Shown here piece by piece: positions 1-8,639 of a stretch of DNA of 60,304 bases. The translations under genes and the position numbers were made by a program. The notes under the pieces were generated by a model, which worked only from the letters and a program-made list of their open reading frames with translations, ran no database searches and was not told the origin of the DNA. The stretch is from positions 1-60,304 of IMG/VR virus record IMGVR_UViG_2974628900_000001, one strand, 5' to 3'. Each line of letters starts with the position of its first letter. Position 1 is the stretch's first letter. Source of the DNA: Streptomyces virus StarPlatinum (taxonomy: Duplodnaviria > Heunggongvirae > Uroviricota > Caudoviricetes).

Positions 1-228
1 GTGCAGGAAATCGAAGGCGAATCGTAAGCCACACATTAGATTCTAAAGTCAGAAGGGGGTTCCGGCCTTAGAATCACAGCCAACATAGCCAGCCAGCCTA
101 ATAAAGTATCGATTCAAGGGCTCAGACGGCCTCTAAAAACCAGCAAAAATAGCCCCAAAACCTGCAAAATCTGCCAATAATTGGCCCAAATCCTTTGAAA
201 ACACAGTATTTCCGGGAGTTTTTGCACT

Positions 229-690
229 CATTCGTAAAGGGCATGCCAGATAGACCTTAGAATCATAGGTCAGACTGACTATTTAGCCTTAGATTCCCAG
301 GAATTTAGCAGCCATTCGTAAAGCAGCCTACTATGACAGCCAAAGTATGCAGCCATGGCTATGCAGCCTGGATACTCAGCCAAGACAGATTGATTGTGCT
401 GTGTCTTATATGTAGAATTGACCCGGTGGAGTATTGGTTGTTGTTCTATGTCTTATATAGTACAAGGACACCCAATGCCACCGGCCAACAATCTCTCCTT
501 GTCCTATGTCTTATATCGGAAAACAGAAGAAGCCTGCCAATAAAGACGGCAGGCTTTGTTGCATGTCTTATATAAGACAGACCGAACTAACAATCAGAAT
601 CTTCCGCAGATTTTAGAGCCATTCATAAATGCGCTCCGATGATCTTTGTCAGATCTTCCGGGAATTTTAGGCCCATTCGTAAAGGGCGAA
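229..690. repeat. Non-coding terminal region with short iteron-like repeat arrays
   Basis: CATTCGTAAAG at 229, 313, 674 (variant ~619). CAGCC at 309, 324, 337, 350, 364, 377. TGTCTTATAT at 402, 449, 507, 564, the last within a perfect palindrome TGTCTTATATAAGACA. Hairpin 530-556. Confidence 0.8.
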
Positions 691-769
691 AACTCGGACA
701 TGTGGGACAAATCAAAATCTAGATGTATAGTCATCGTGTTAGTTAGGCTAAGCAATGAACCGGGGCGGC

Positions 770-892
770 TCACGCCTTTTCGGGCTTCATGCAGACAGAA
801 GAAGCCGTGTTCTCTCCGTCGAGAACGTGCACCCAGAATCCCAGCCAAATAACGGTGGTGCCACAGTGCTTGCAGTATCCGGTGTATTCCAC
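770..892 (-). CDS. Small hypothetical protein, 40 aa, CxxC (MEYTGYCKHCG...), not in ORF track
   Basis: GGGAGG RBS before a GTG start. Upstream promoter at 1011-1039. Stop directly followed by a GCCGCCCCGG box. Confidence 0.65.
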   Translation of the reverse strand: MEYTGYCKHCGTTVIWLGFWVHVLDGENTASSVCMKPEKA

Positions 893-1039
893 AATTCCTC
901 CAGATTGAATTGAAAGGTCCCTGGGTTGCAGCCGACCATCTGCTATTTAACCCCTCGCCCGAATGGACTGATAGGGGACCCAGGAACACACCTTATGACC
1001 TCACTACAATAGTGTAACAAGGTCATCGCTCAGTGTCAA

Positions 1040-1243
1040 TCACCACTGCAATTCGTCAGTGACGTTGTAGTGCGAGACGAACGGCACGACCCAGCGAGAA
1101 TTGAGAAGCTTTCCCTTCTCCTCCCACAGAGTGAGAGTGCCAGTCTTGGGATTGAACTCAACCCCATTGGACATGATGCCTGTGAACTCCAGCTCCCTTC
1201 GGACACCTTCTTCGAGAACGATCACGGTTACAGTCACAGTCAT
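1040..1243 (-). CDS. Hypothetical early protein, 67 aa
   Basis: Start moved to ATG 1243 because the promoter at 1266-1294 and a GAAGGGA RBS lie upstream of it. Confidence 0.75.
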   Translation of the reverse strand: MTVTVTVIVLEEGVRRELEFTGIMSNGVEFNPKTGTLTLWEEKGKLLNSRWVVPFVSHYNVTDELQW

Positions 1244-1353
1244 GTTCTGTCCCTTCGTTGATACTAGTCTAACAGAGTACAAGGGACATGTCTACCACCG
1301 GGCCAAAATAACCGGGGCGGCCAAAAGCCCCCGCCGAAGCGGGGGCCGTTGAC

Positions 1354-2355
1354 TCAGGCAGCCAGGGAGTAACCCAGGACAACCTTACGGATCTTGTTCT
1401 TCTCGGTGTTGGTGACCGGGTCGAATCCGGAAGCGGCGGCGAACAGGTTGTCCACCTCACCCTTACGCGGCATACGGTACCAGTCCTTGAACTCGGTGAA
1501 GGCATTCAGCGCACCGGCCATGGTACCGGCCAGAGACTGAGTGGTCTTGGGACCGTCGCCCGTGTCAGTGAAGATGCCCATGTGAAGATCGCGCTTGTTG
1601 TCCCACTTGACCTGGGACCCCTTGACGTTCTCCTTCGGACGCTCACCGTAGATCGCAGCGAACATCTCATCGAACTTGTCCTTCGTGCACTGCACGCGGA
1701 ACAGCTCGTTCATCTCACGCTCGAACTCGTCGGCGTAAGCGAAGGTGATGTTCAGTGCCTCACGCGCGGCAGCCATGCGACCCTCGATGGTCTGAGTGTG
1801 GCGCATCTTGAAACTCTGCTTCACACCGTTACGGAGTGCGAAGTTCAGGGTGTTCTGACACACGACACGGACCGGAGTGACGCTCGCCTGCACCGCGAGA
1901 GAACCGTCATGGGAGGTGTTCACGAGCAGATACATGTTCGTGACATCGTCGTCGCCCACCAGCACCTCACGACCGATGCGCAGAGATCCGAAGACCTGCG
2001 TACCGTCCTTGATAGAACCGGCAGTCTCCCACGTTCCACCACCCGCGAGGATGCCGTCACCGAAGGCGAACAGTTCCTCATTCTGGACGACCTTATACCG
2101 CTCCGCGACGATACCAAGGCTGTCAGCCTCACCATCGAACGGGTTGGTACGGATCACCTCGAAGGCACTCTTCTTGGTGCGACCCTTACGCTCCAGCAGC
2201 TCCAGCCGAACGTTCCAGTCGGAGAGGTGGGCGAGTCGCAGCATCTCAGAGGTGGTGAGTTCCCCGTCAAAGACGGTGCCAAGCTGGTGCCACGCGGGCT
2301 CCAGACGAGAGGCGAACGCGACCTGACCACGGGAACCGATTTCGAGACCGTGCAT
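1354..2355 (-). CDS. DUF932 family phage/plasmid-like protein
   Basis: WHQLG...LSDWNV, YKVVQNEELF, AGSIKDG, NSHDGS-like NTSHDGSLA and TPVRVVCQNTL motifs. ATG 2355 follows an AGGAG RBS. Confidence 0.85.
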   Translation of the reverse strand: MHGLEIGSRGQVAFASRLEPAWHQLGTVFDGELTTSEMLRLAHLSDWNVRLELLERKGRTKKSAFEVIRTNPFDGEADSLGIVAERYKVVQNEELFAFGDGILAGGGTWETAGSIKDGTQVFGSLRIGREVLVGDDDVTNMYLLVNTSHDGSLAVQASVTPVRVVCQNTLNFALRNGVKQSFKMRHTQTIEGRMAAAREALNITFAYADEFEREMNELFRVQCTKDKFDEMFAAIYGERPKENVKGSQVKWDNKRDLHMGIFTDTGDGPKTTQSLAGTMAGALNAFTEFKDWYRMPRKGEVDNLFAAASGFDPVTNTEKNKIRKVVLGYSLAA

Positions 2356-2590
2356 TTTTGCTCCTAGTGTAGGTGTTTCTTCTAGCTTACTTGCACGGGG
2401 ACTACTTGTCAAAGTAGTCAGAGAGCACACTGTTGAGTTGATCAAGAACAGATCATCCAAGGCTTCGGGCTTTCGCCTTCCCCCTTGCTGATAGCTCAAG
2501 TCTAACAGAGTCTAGGCGGATGTGTCCACATGATTCAAGGGAGATCATTTCGCCGGGGCGGCTTGTGGCCCCCGAAGGGGCCACCGCCAA

Positions 2591-2983
2591 TTAGGGAATC
2601 ATCCCCAGAGGCTCAAACGTTCCGATAATCTCGGAATCCGTCACCGCCGCCACAGACTGGTAGGTACCGGGCCTCACCTCAGACTGAGTGTCGTAGGCGA
2701 CAACCATGTAACCCGCGTCGTCCAGGTCATAGCCGAAGTCATCGAACCACTCGGCCACCTGCTCAGGAGACGTGAGCACACAGAACTCATTGGGCATGAT
2801 ACCACCCGGCACATCGGTCCACGGCGTGGGGTGCGTCTCGTCCACGTGCTCACGGCACAGACGGTTGGAAACGGACTTCACCTGCGGGTCGAAAGAGTCG
2901 AAACCCTCTCGATACGGACCGGCCCACTTACCCGTACGGTTGCCCTCATGCGTCGGGGGAAGGGCAACACGGTAAACGATCAC
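2591..2983 (-). CDS. Hypothetical early protein
   Basis: AGGAGG RBS, own promoter, host-like codons. Confidence 0.8.
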   Translation of the reverse strand: MIVYRVALPPTHEGNRTGKWAGPYREGFDSFDPQVKSVSNRLCREHVDETHPTPWTDVPGGIMPNEFCVLTSPEQVAEWFDDFGYDLDDAGYMVVAYDTQSEVRPGTYQSVAAVTDSEIIGTFEPLGMIP

Positions 2984-3094
2984 GTTTCCTCCTAGGTTTC
3001 CCTGGTTGGTAATCCTAGTCTAACGTAGTGTCAGCAGAGATCGCAACATGACTGACCATGATCTTTTGACCGGGGCGGCCCGAAGGCCGCTCTG

Positions 3095-3442
3095 TCAAGT
3101 GCCCATACGAATGATCATCTGTTCGATGATGAACCGGCACACAGAAGCTCGGTTGTATTCGTCGTCATTGCGCGTAGTGCCCGCAGCTTCCTTGGCAGCC
3201 ATTGCGTTAATGATTCCGATAGCCAGATCAAACAGAGGCTTTTGCAATTCCTCATGCTGGCTACACATCAAATACGCAAGGGTGTGGGCGTTGAATGTAC
3301 GCTTATCGAGTACAGAGAGAATCTTATCGGCATCCTTCTCCGCCGCGCTCCGCCGTGTAGACGTAGTGCGAGCACCCTGATAGACATCAGGAGCAATTAC
3401 CGAAACCTCTGCCTGCCGAAAGATGTCACCATTGCGTGCCAT
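3095..3442 (-). CDS. Hypothetical early protein
   Basis: GGAGG RBS; flanked by cassette hairpins. Confidence 0.8.
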   Translation of the reverse strand: MARNGDIFRQAEVSVIAPDVYQGARTTSTRRSAAEKDADKILSVLDKRTFNAHTLAYLMCSQHEELQKPLFDLAIGIINAMAAKEAAGTTRNDDEYNRASVCRFIIEQMIIRMGT

Positions 3443-3484
3443 TACGCCTCCAATGGAACGGCCCCCTTTCGGGGGCCGTAGCCT

Positions 3485-3646
3485 TTACTTGGGTTCGAAG
3501 TCTTGCGTATTCCCATATCCGTCAGTTACGCTGACAGACATACCGAGTACCGTTGCCAGGAAGGGGCCGAGAGCTTGGATCATGCTCCACGCCTGATCTT
3601 CCTGATCATCTCCATTGGGCTCGATTTCGAGCATCACGTTGGCCAT
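3485..3646 (-). CDS. Small acidic hypothetical protein, 53 aa (MANVMLEIEPNGDD...), not in ORF track
   Basis: AAGGTAG RBS just after the lsr2 stop; open frame ends before the hairpin at 3459-3478. Confidence 0.65.
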   Translation of the reverse strand: MANVMLEIEPNGDDQEDQAWSMIQALGPFLATVLGMSVSVTDGYGNTQDFEPK

Positions 3647-3655
3647 AGGTCTACC

Positions 3656-4168
3656 TTACTTGACCTTGACCTCTACGTCAAGACCCAGCACCACCGGGCT
3701 ACCGCAAGAGCAGTGGGACAGGCTGTAACCGCACTTGCACGCCTCACGCTCATTGAAGCGCCACACCTTGCCCTTACGGTCAACCGCGAGGTATTCGGTG
3801 TTGGGTCCGCGCGTCGCGGGCGCGGCCGGGCGAACGTCCTTACCGGTGGAAACCTTCACACCGGATACGGCCTCAGCCTTGACATCCGGATTGGCCTTTG
3901 CGTACGCCTCCAGGATCTCACCGGAGATACGGCCACGCGCGTTGACCTCGATACCGTTGGCCTTAGCCCACGCACGAACCTTCTTAGCGTCATAGGCACC
4001 GGCCTTGACAGCAGCGGGCTTTTTGGTACGGACCACGCCCGTGTCAGCGAAGACGGTACCCGCAGCCTCAGCAGCCTCGATGGCAGCGTAAGCCTCACGG
4101 CTCATACGGCCACGAACACCGAGCTTGGCAAGACCGAGAGTGGCGGCGTACTCACGACGAGTCTGCAT
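3656..4168 (-). CDS. lsr2: Lsr2-like DNA-binding protein
   Basis: DAKKVRAWAKANGIEVNARGRISGEILEAY matches the Lsr2 C-terminal AT-hook (RGR) domain. Confidence 0.85.
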   Translation of the reverse strand: MQTRREYAATLGLAKLGVRGRMSREAYAAIEAAEAAGTVFADTGVVRTKKPAAVKAGAYDAKKVRAWAKANGIEVNARGRISGEILEAYAKANPDVKAEAVSGVKVSTGKDVRPAAPATRGPNTEYLAVDRKGKVWRFNEREACKCGYSLSHCSCGSPVVLGLDVEVKVK

Positions 4169-4278
4169 TTGGTTCCTTCCGTTGTCCTTCGTTGTACCTT
4201 AAGCATAACAGAGCAAGGGCGCGAGGGCAACATAAAATTTGTCCGATTTGTCTCGCCGCCCCGGCCCGAAGGCCCGCA

Positions 4279-5001
4279 CTATTTCTTAGTGCGAGAGAAC
4301 CGGATATCGGCCTTACCGAAGATACAAAGGCCACACGTTACACACGCACCACCCTTTTCGGTAATCAGAGGAATCTGCTTAGCATTCTCGGGACACTTCC
4401 CACCGGGAACACCAGTCAGCATTTCGAAGATCTCTTTACCTTCGTTGAAGGTTTCTCCCAGATATGCCATTTTGACACCGGGATTGTCAGCCGCGCAAAG
4501 GAGCCCGGCGTTAAGGTTTTCCTTGTCTACACTAAGGTAGACAGACAGGTTAGGGATTGACGTGATGAATCCCACATACTCGAATGAACGAGTGTAGATC
4601 CAGAAATGCACGTCAGGGAATTCGAGGCAGACAGCCTCAATTGCTTCCGCATAAGTAGCGGAGAAAATGTCACCATCCGCATGCCAGCGGAAAAGCTTCG
4701 GGACATTGTGCTTTTCGCACTCACTCTTGAATTCAGAGATCATCTCACTCAGGAGATCGATCATCTTGTCAAGGGATGCATCCTTGAGCAATTCCCAGTT
4801 GTGCATGGCAACCGCGAGGAATGCCGGATACTGCTTTTCGATCCTACCCGCATAGCAGATAGTCTCACAGACCTTAGTAGCACCGGGGCAGGAAAACGCA
4901 GTGCCAGACGGCAGAGAGAATGCGTTTTTGATGAGCGACTGCTTACCCGCAGTGTTCGCTCGGACGGTGGTCTTACGGTCGTTGGTTCGCTTGAGTCCCA
5001 T
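4279..5001 (-). CDS. Gp88-like / radical-SAM-like Fe-S protein, leaderless
   Basis: CPGATKVCETICYA and FRWHADGD motifs, C-terminal CP...CVTCGLC. The -10 TAGGAT lies 6 nt before the ATG. Confidence 0.7.
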   Translation of the reverse strand: MGLKRTNDRKTTVRANTAGKQSLIKNAFSLPSGTAFSCPGATKVCETICYAGRIEKQYPAFLAVAMHNWELLKDASLDKMIDLLSEMISEFKSECEKHNVPKLFRWHADGDIFSATYAEAIEAVCLEFPDVHFWIYTRSFEYVGFITSIPNLSVYLSVDKENLNAGLLCAADNPGVKMAYLGETFNEGKEIFEMLTGVPGGKCPENAKQIPLITEKGGACVTCGLCIFGKADIRFSRTKK

Positions 5002-5103
5002 GGATTCATCCTAGCAGACGTAAGAGGGAGAATCAACATGCTTGGATCAAGATCTTTTGACCGCCCCGGCCGAACGGCCCCCGAAGGGGCCGTTGGCTTT
5101 AGA

Positions 5104-5268
5104 TCACTTGGGGGCAACCTCGAAGTCGTCCAGGCCGAGCGCGATGGTCTCGAACTCACTGGCCATGTTGTCGGTCATCTCAGCGGTGATGTTCCGGACG
5201 AGAGCGACACGCACGGTGGCGGTCATGGGGGTCTCGGCGATGACCTTGGCGATGGCGAGAGCCTTCAT
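5104..5268 (-). CDS. Small hypothetical protein, 54 aa (MKALAIAKVIAETP...), not in ORF track
   Basis: Own promoter at 5298-5326, AAAGG RBS, strongly host-like codons. Confidence 0.75.
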   Translation of the reverse strand: MKALAIAKVIAETPMTATVRVALVRNITAEMTDNMASEFETIALGLDDFEVAPK

Positions 5269-5323
5269 TTTGGAGCCTTTCGTCGTGGTGTGTTCTTAGT
5301 CTAGCGGATGGAACTTGGTTTGT

Positions 5324-5464
5324 CTACTCGCAGTCCACGAGAATTTCCATGTCGTCCAGGTGCTCGTCCGGAGACGTTTCGGGCATCGTCCAGATGTTCT
5401 CCAGCCAGCCCTTACGGATGACGCCGGTACGCTCGTCCGTGATCTTCTCCAGCTTAACGGTCAT
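5324..5464 (-). CDS. Small hypothetical protein, 46 aa (MTVKLEKITDERTG...), not in ORF track
   Basis: Promoter at 5510-5539 and GAGGT RBS. Confidence 0.7.
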   Translation of the reverse strand: MTVKLEKITDERTGVIRKGWLENIWTMPETSPDEHLDDMEILVDCE

Positions 5465-5596
5465 CAGAACCACCTCTCCGGGAGGTTTTCCCTCCCTTTC
5501 GATGTCTCTAGTCTAACAGACGTAAGCAACGATGTACAACAGGTTCTGACCATGATCTTTTGACCGGGGCGGCTTGCGCCCCGAAGGGCGCAGCTA

Positions 5597-6070
5597 TCAG
5601 CCGCAGATGGAACAGTCCATGCCACAACCGTAGTCGTAGTCGTCATCGTCGTAGTTGTAGGACTCCAGCGCGGTGAGACGGTTCAACTCCGTCTCGATGA
5701 TCTCCTTGCCCTCCTTGATGCTGAGGAACGGGAATTCCGTGCGGAGCTTCTGAATGCAGCGGATCTTGGAGTCTCGACCGACCTCGCTGACAACCCTCTC
5801 AGCGGCCTCACGCGCCCTGTCAAAGGCGAAGTCCTCGATGCCACGCAGACGGATGATCTCCGGACGGGAGAGGGTCAGACCCTCGTTCTGCGCCTTGATC
5901 TTGCCGTCCGCCACACCCTTCTTGTACGCCTCCGCGTAAACGTCGTTGGCGTTGGCCCGCATGGACACGTCGTGGTAACCCTTGATCCGGTCGGCAACCT
6001 CCATGGCCTGCGTGAAGCCCATCTCCACACCGTTGTCGAGGAAGATCTTCAAAACGTCCATGGCGTCCAT
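5597..6070 (-). CDS. Protein with ribosomal L7/L12 C-terminal-domain-like motif (paralogue 1)
   Basis: KIRCIQKLRTEFPFLSIKEGKEIIE aligns by eye with bL12 [24 protein letters not shown]. Confidence 0.65.
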   Translation of the reverse strand: MDAMDVLKIFLDNGVEMGFTQAMEVADRIKGYHDVSMRANANDVYAEAYKKGVADGKIKAQNEGLTLSRPEIIRLRGIEDFAFDRAREAAERVVSEVGRDSKIRCIQKLRTEFPFLSIKEGKEIIETELNRLTALESYNYDDDDYDYGCGMDCSICG

Positions 6071-6198
6071 GTTTTCCTCTCTTAGAGGGAGTGTCCCTCT
6101 TTGATGTCTCTACTATAGCAAGGAAAGGGGACCGGATGCAACACAGTCCGCGAAGATCTTTTCGCCGGGGCGGCTAGCGGGCTTTCGCCCGCCGCCTG

Positions 6199-6390
6199 TC
6201 AGAGTGCCCGAACAAGATGAATGTGATCGATGTTCTCGAAGTTGATCACATGAACACCGCCATGGAGATCTTCGATGAGGCTGAAATTAGTGCGAAGCTT
6301 GTCCTGCACCTCCTGCACAGTACCCTTGGCACGGAAGGTGACCATCTGCTCACGGTTCTTGAAGCGAACGATAACCTGAGTGTTTTCCAC
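6199..6390 (-). CDS. Hypothetical early protein
   Basis: Promoter at 6419-6447, GGGAGG RBS. Confidence 0.75.
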   Translation of the reverse strand: MENTQVIVRFKNREQMVTFRAKGTVQEVQDKLRTNFSLIEDLHGGVHVINFENIDHIHLVRAL

Positions 6391-6488
6391 TTTGCCTCCC
6401 GGCCTCGTTGATAGCTCTAGTCTACATGAACAGAGTCAGGATTACAACCCCGAACCGGGGCGGCTAGCGGGGCCGAAGCCCCGCCGCT

Positions 6489-6842
6489 CTACCGACGACC
6501 CATGGGAAGACCCTTGCGCGCTGCCTCCCTTTCCAACTCCCAACCGTTGTTGGTTTCGGTGGGGTGAATGTACTCGATTTCCTTGATCCCCAGCAGGTAC
6601 GCAACGAGCAGCCGGTGATGACCGTTGGTCACACGGTTACGCTCAGGGCTGTAAACGATGGGCGTCTGGATGCCATCCTTCTCGATGCTCTCGATGAAAG
6701 ATCGGGGAAGTTCATCGAACTTGGCGAGCATGCACGCTTCCTTGTCATCCATGTAACGGGAACCGTAGTTGCCCGTACGGGAATCGGAGGCGTCTCCGAA
6801 GATCGCGTCGTGCCACAGCTTTTCCACGTTGACCATGGGCAT
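6489..6842 (-). CDS. ParB/sulfiredoxin N-terminal-domain protein
   Basis: SIEKDGIQTPIVY...VTNGHHRLLVAYLLG matches the ParB-N G(H)HR motif; no HTH follows. Confidence 0.8.
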   Translation of the reverse strand: MPMVNVEKLWHDAIFGDASDSRTGNYGSRYMDDKEACMLAKFDELPRSFIESIEKDGIQTPIVYSPERNRVTNGHHRLLVAYLLGIKEIEYIHPTETNNGWELEREAARKGLPMGRR

Positions 6843-6969
6843 ATCTACTCCAAGGTTTCTCGCCCTGTTGGTAGTTATAGTCTAACGGATGATGTGATGG
6901 GGAGTCAACTCAACTCATCAAGATTTTTTGGCCGGGGCGGCTAGGCCGCCCGAAGGCGGCCCGGCGCGA

Positions 6970-7113
6970 TTAGATCCAGTTCCAGCCAATGTGAAGCAGA
7001 GCACCGAAGATCATGATGCCCAGCACGCCGAGACCGAGATTGACCAGCATGAGCAGCGCGGCGACGAAACCGGAGACACCCTCGACGCTGATGACACCCT
7101 TGACGTTGTACAT
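6970..7113 (-). CDS. Small membrane protein, 47 aa (MYNVKGVISVEGVSGFVAALLML...), not in ORF track
   Basis: GGAGT RBS; ~30-residue hydrophobic stretch. Confidence 0.7.
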   Translation of the reverse strand: MYNVKGVISVEGVSGFVAALLMLVNLGLGVLGIMIFGALLHIGWNWI

Positions 7114-7227
7114 GTCACTCCTAGAGAAAGGCGAAGAGCACGGTCTTTGCTGTCCACAAGCCTAGCATAAGTAGGCCGATCAGGAAAGGTATGAGAACTA
7201 GTAGTCCTGCACACCCGACGATCTTTA

Positions 7228-7386
7228 TCAGACCCACTCAAGGGGATCGTAGTCGAAGATGTCGCGGTGGTTGCGGTAGCGCTCTGCACGCTGCCTCTTG
7301 ATCTCACCGAGCTTCTTGATTTCCTTGACGCGCTTGTTCTGCGCCATGTACCGCTCGTTCCGCAGCCTACGAAGATCTTCTCGCAT
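7228..7386 (-). CDS. Small basic protein, 52 aa (MREDLRRLRNERY...), not in ORF track
   Basis: Promoter at 7410-7439, GAAGGGA RBS. Confidence 0.75.
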   Translation of the reverse strand: MREDLRRLRNERYMAQNKRVKEIKKLGEIKRQRAERYRNHRDIFDYDPLEWV

Positions 7387-7497
7387 TTCGTTCCCTTCGT
7401 TGTGTCTCTAGTATATACAGAGGTGGGAGGGAAGCGCAACATAGATCTTCAAGATCTTTTCGCCGGGGCGGCTTGCGCCCCGAAGGGCGCAGCCTTA

Positions 7498-7836
7498 TCA
7501 GTCTCGGATGTTCATGACCTCACGGTAGAACCGCACGTAAGCGTCGGCAGCGTCTTCGGCATTCTCCAGAGATTCGTAGTCACCGAATCCGTCAAGAGTG
7601 GAAACGGTGAACGCCCCATCTTCGTTGCGGGAAGCGTAGCGGAGGCTATACGCCTTGTCTTCCGGGTCCGAGCGGTACTCGGAGGTAACGAAGATCGCTC
7701 CTCGCTGGCCTACGGGGAAAACGTTCGGCTGGAGTTCCGTGTTGAAGAACTCCATCGATCCCTTCGTGAACCAGTGTCGGGCGGTGGAGTTGAACTCGCG
7801 GGACGCCTGAACGATCTGGTGCATCGTGGAGAACAT
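7498..7836 (-). CDS. Hypothetical early protein
   Basis: Own promoter and GAGGA RBS. Confidence 0.8.
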   Translation of the reverse strand: MFSTMHQIVQASREFNSTARHWFTKGSMEFFNTELQPNVFPVGQRGAIFVTSEYRSDPEDKAYSLRYASRNEDGAFTVSTLDGFGDYESLENAEDAADAYVRFYREVMNIRD

Positions 7837-7949
7837 TTACGTTCCTCTCGCTCGGTGTAAGACGAGTCTAACACATACAAGGGACGGAGCACAAGCCCTC
7901 TAGCAAATTAGCCGGGGCGGCCAAATGGCCCCCGAAGGGGCCAGATGAC

Positions 7950-8216
7950 TCACAGAACAGGCTTCTTGCCGAGACCCATGCTCTTGCCGAAGTCGTAGGA
8001 CTTGGCCTTGACCTCGTAGCCCGGCAGAACCTTGGTCACCCGGAACGGAGCGGCGCGGTGGAGAGCGGACAGCTTCTCAGCAGTACCCGCAGCCTCCACG
8101 TAGACCTTACCGGTACGCTCGTTGACACGGTACTCGAACTCGACTCCGTAGACGGTGGCCATCGTGATGACGACACCAGCGCGCTTGACGGAAACCTCGC
8201 CCATGAGAACGGCCAT
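7950..8216 (-). CDS. Hypothetical early protein
   Basis: Promoter at 8245-8273, AAAGG RBS. Confidence 0.8.
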   Translation of the reverse strand: MAVLMGEVSVKRAGVVITMATVYGVEFEYRVNERTGKVYVEAAGTAEKLSALHRAAPFRVTKVLPGYEVKAKSYDFGKSMGLGKKPVL

Positions 8217-8250
8217 TGTTTTGCCTTTCGTTCGGTGTTACTAGAGTCTA

Positions 8251-8529
8251 TCAGATGCGGTGAACGTTGTCACGCAGTTCATCGAACGTGTGCGGACTGC
8301 TGACGATCTCAGCGTTGCGGTAGAACCCGTGATCCACAAGGACCGTTACCGAGTTGTACACAACGTTCTGTACCGTTCCAGTGTACGCGATCTTGCCGTC
8401 AATCTCAAGGCCCTCGTTCAAGTAGAGCTGAGCCCAACTGTTGACGACTACGACCCTGTCACCCTTACGGAGCTTACCGAAGTTGCTTTGCAGATACTTG
8501 CGAATCCTGTAGCTGAGAGGCATCGTCAT
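8251..8529 (-). CDS. Hypothetical early protein (SH3/KOW-like beta content)
   Basis: Promoter at 8553-8581, GGGGAGA RBS. Confidence 0.75.
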   Translation of the reverse strand: MTMPLSYRIRKYLQSNFGKLRKGDRVVVVNSWAQLYLNEGLEIDGKIAYTGTVQNVVYNSVTVLVDHGFYRNAEIVSSPHTFDELRDNVHRI

Positions 8530-8639
8530 GATCTCTCCCCTTCGTTAAGACGAGTCTACATGACACCGGGCCAGATTGCAACACATTCTCAAAAGAGCCG
8601 GGGCGGCCAAACGGCCCCCGAAGGGGCCGTTGGTTTTGA

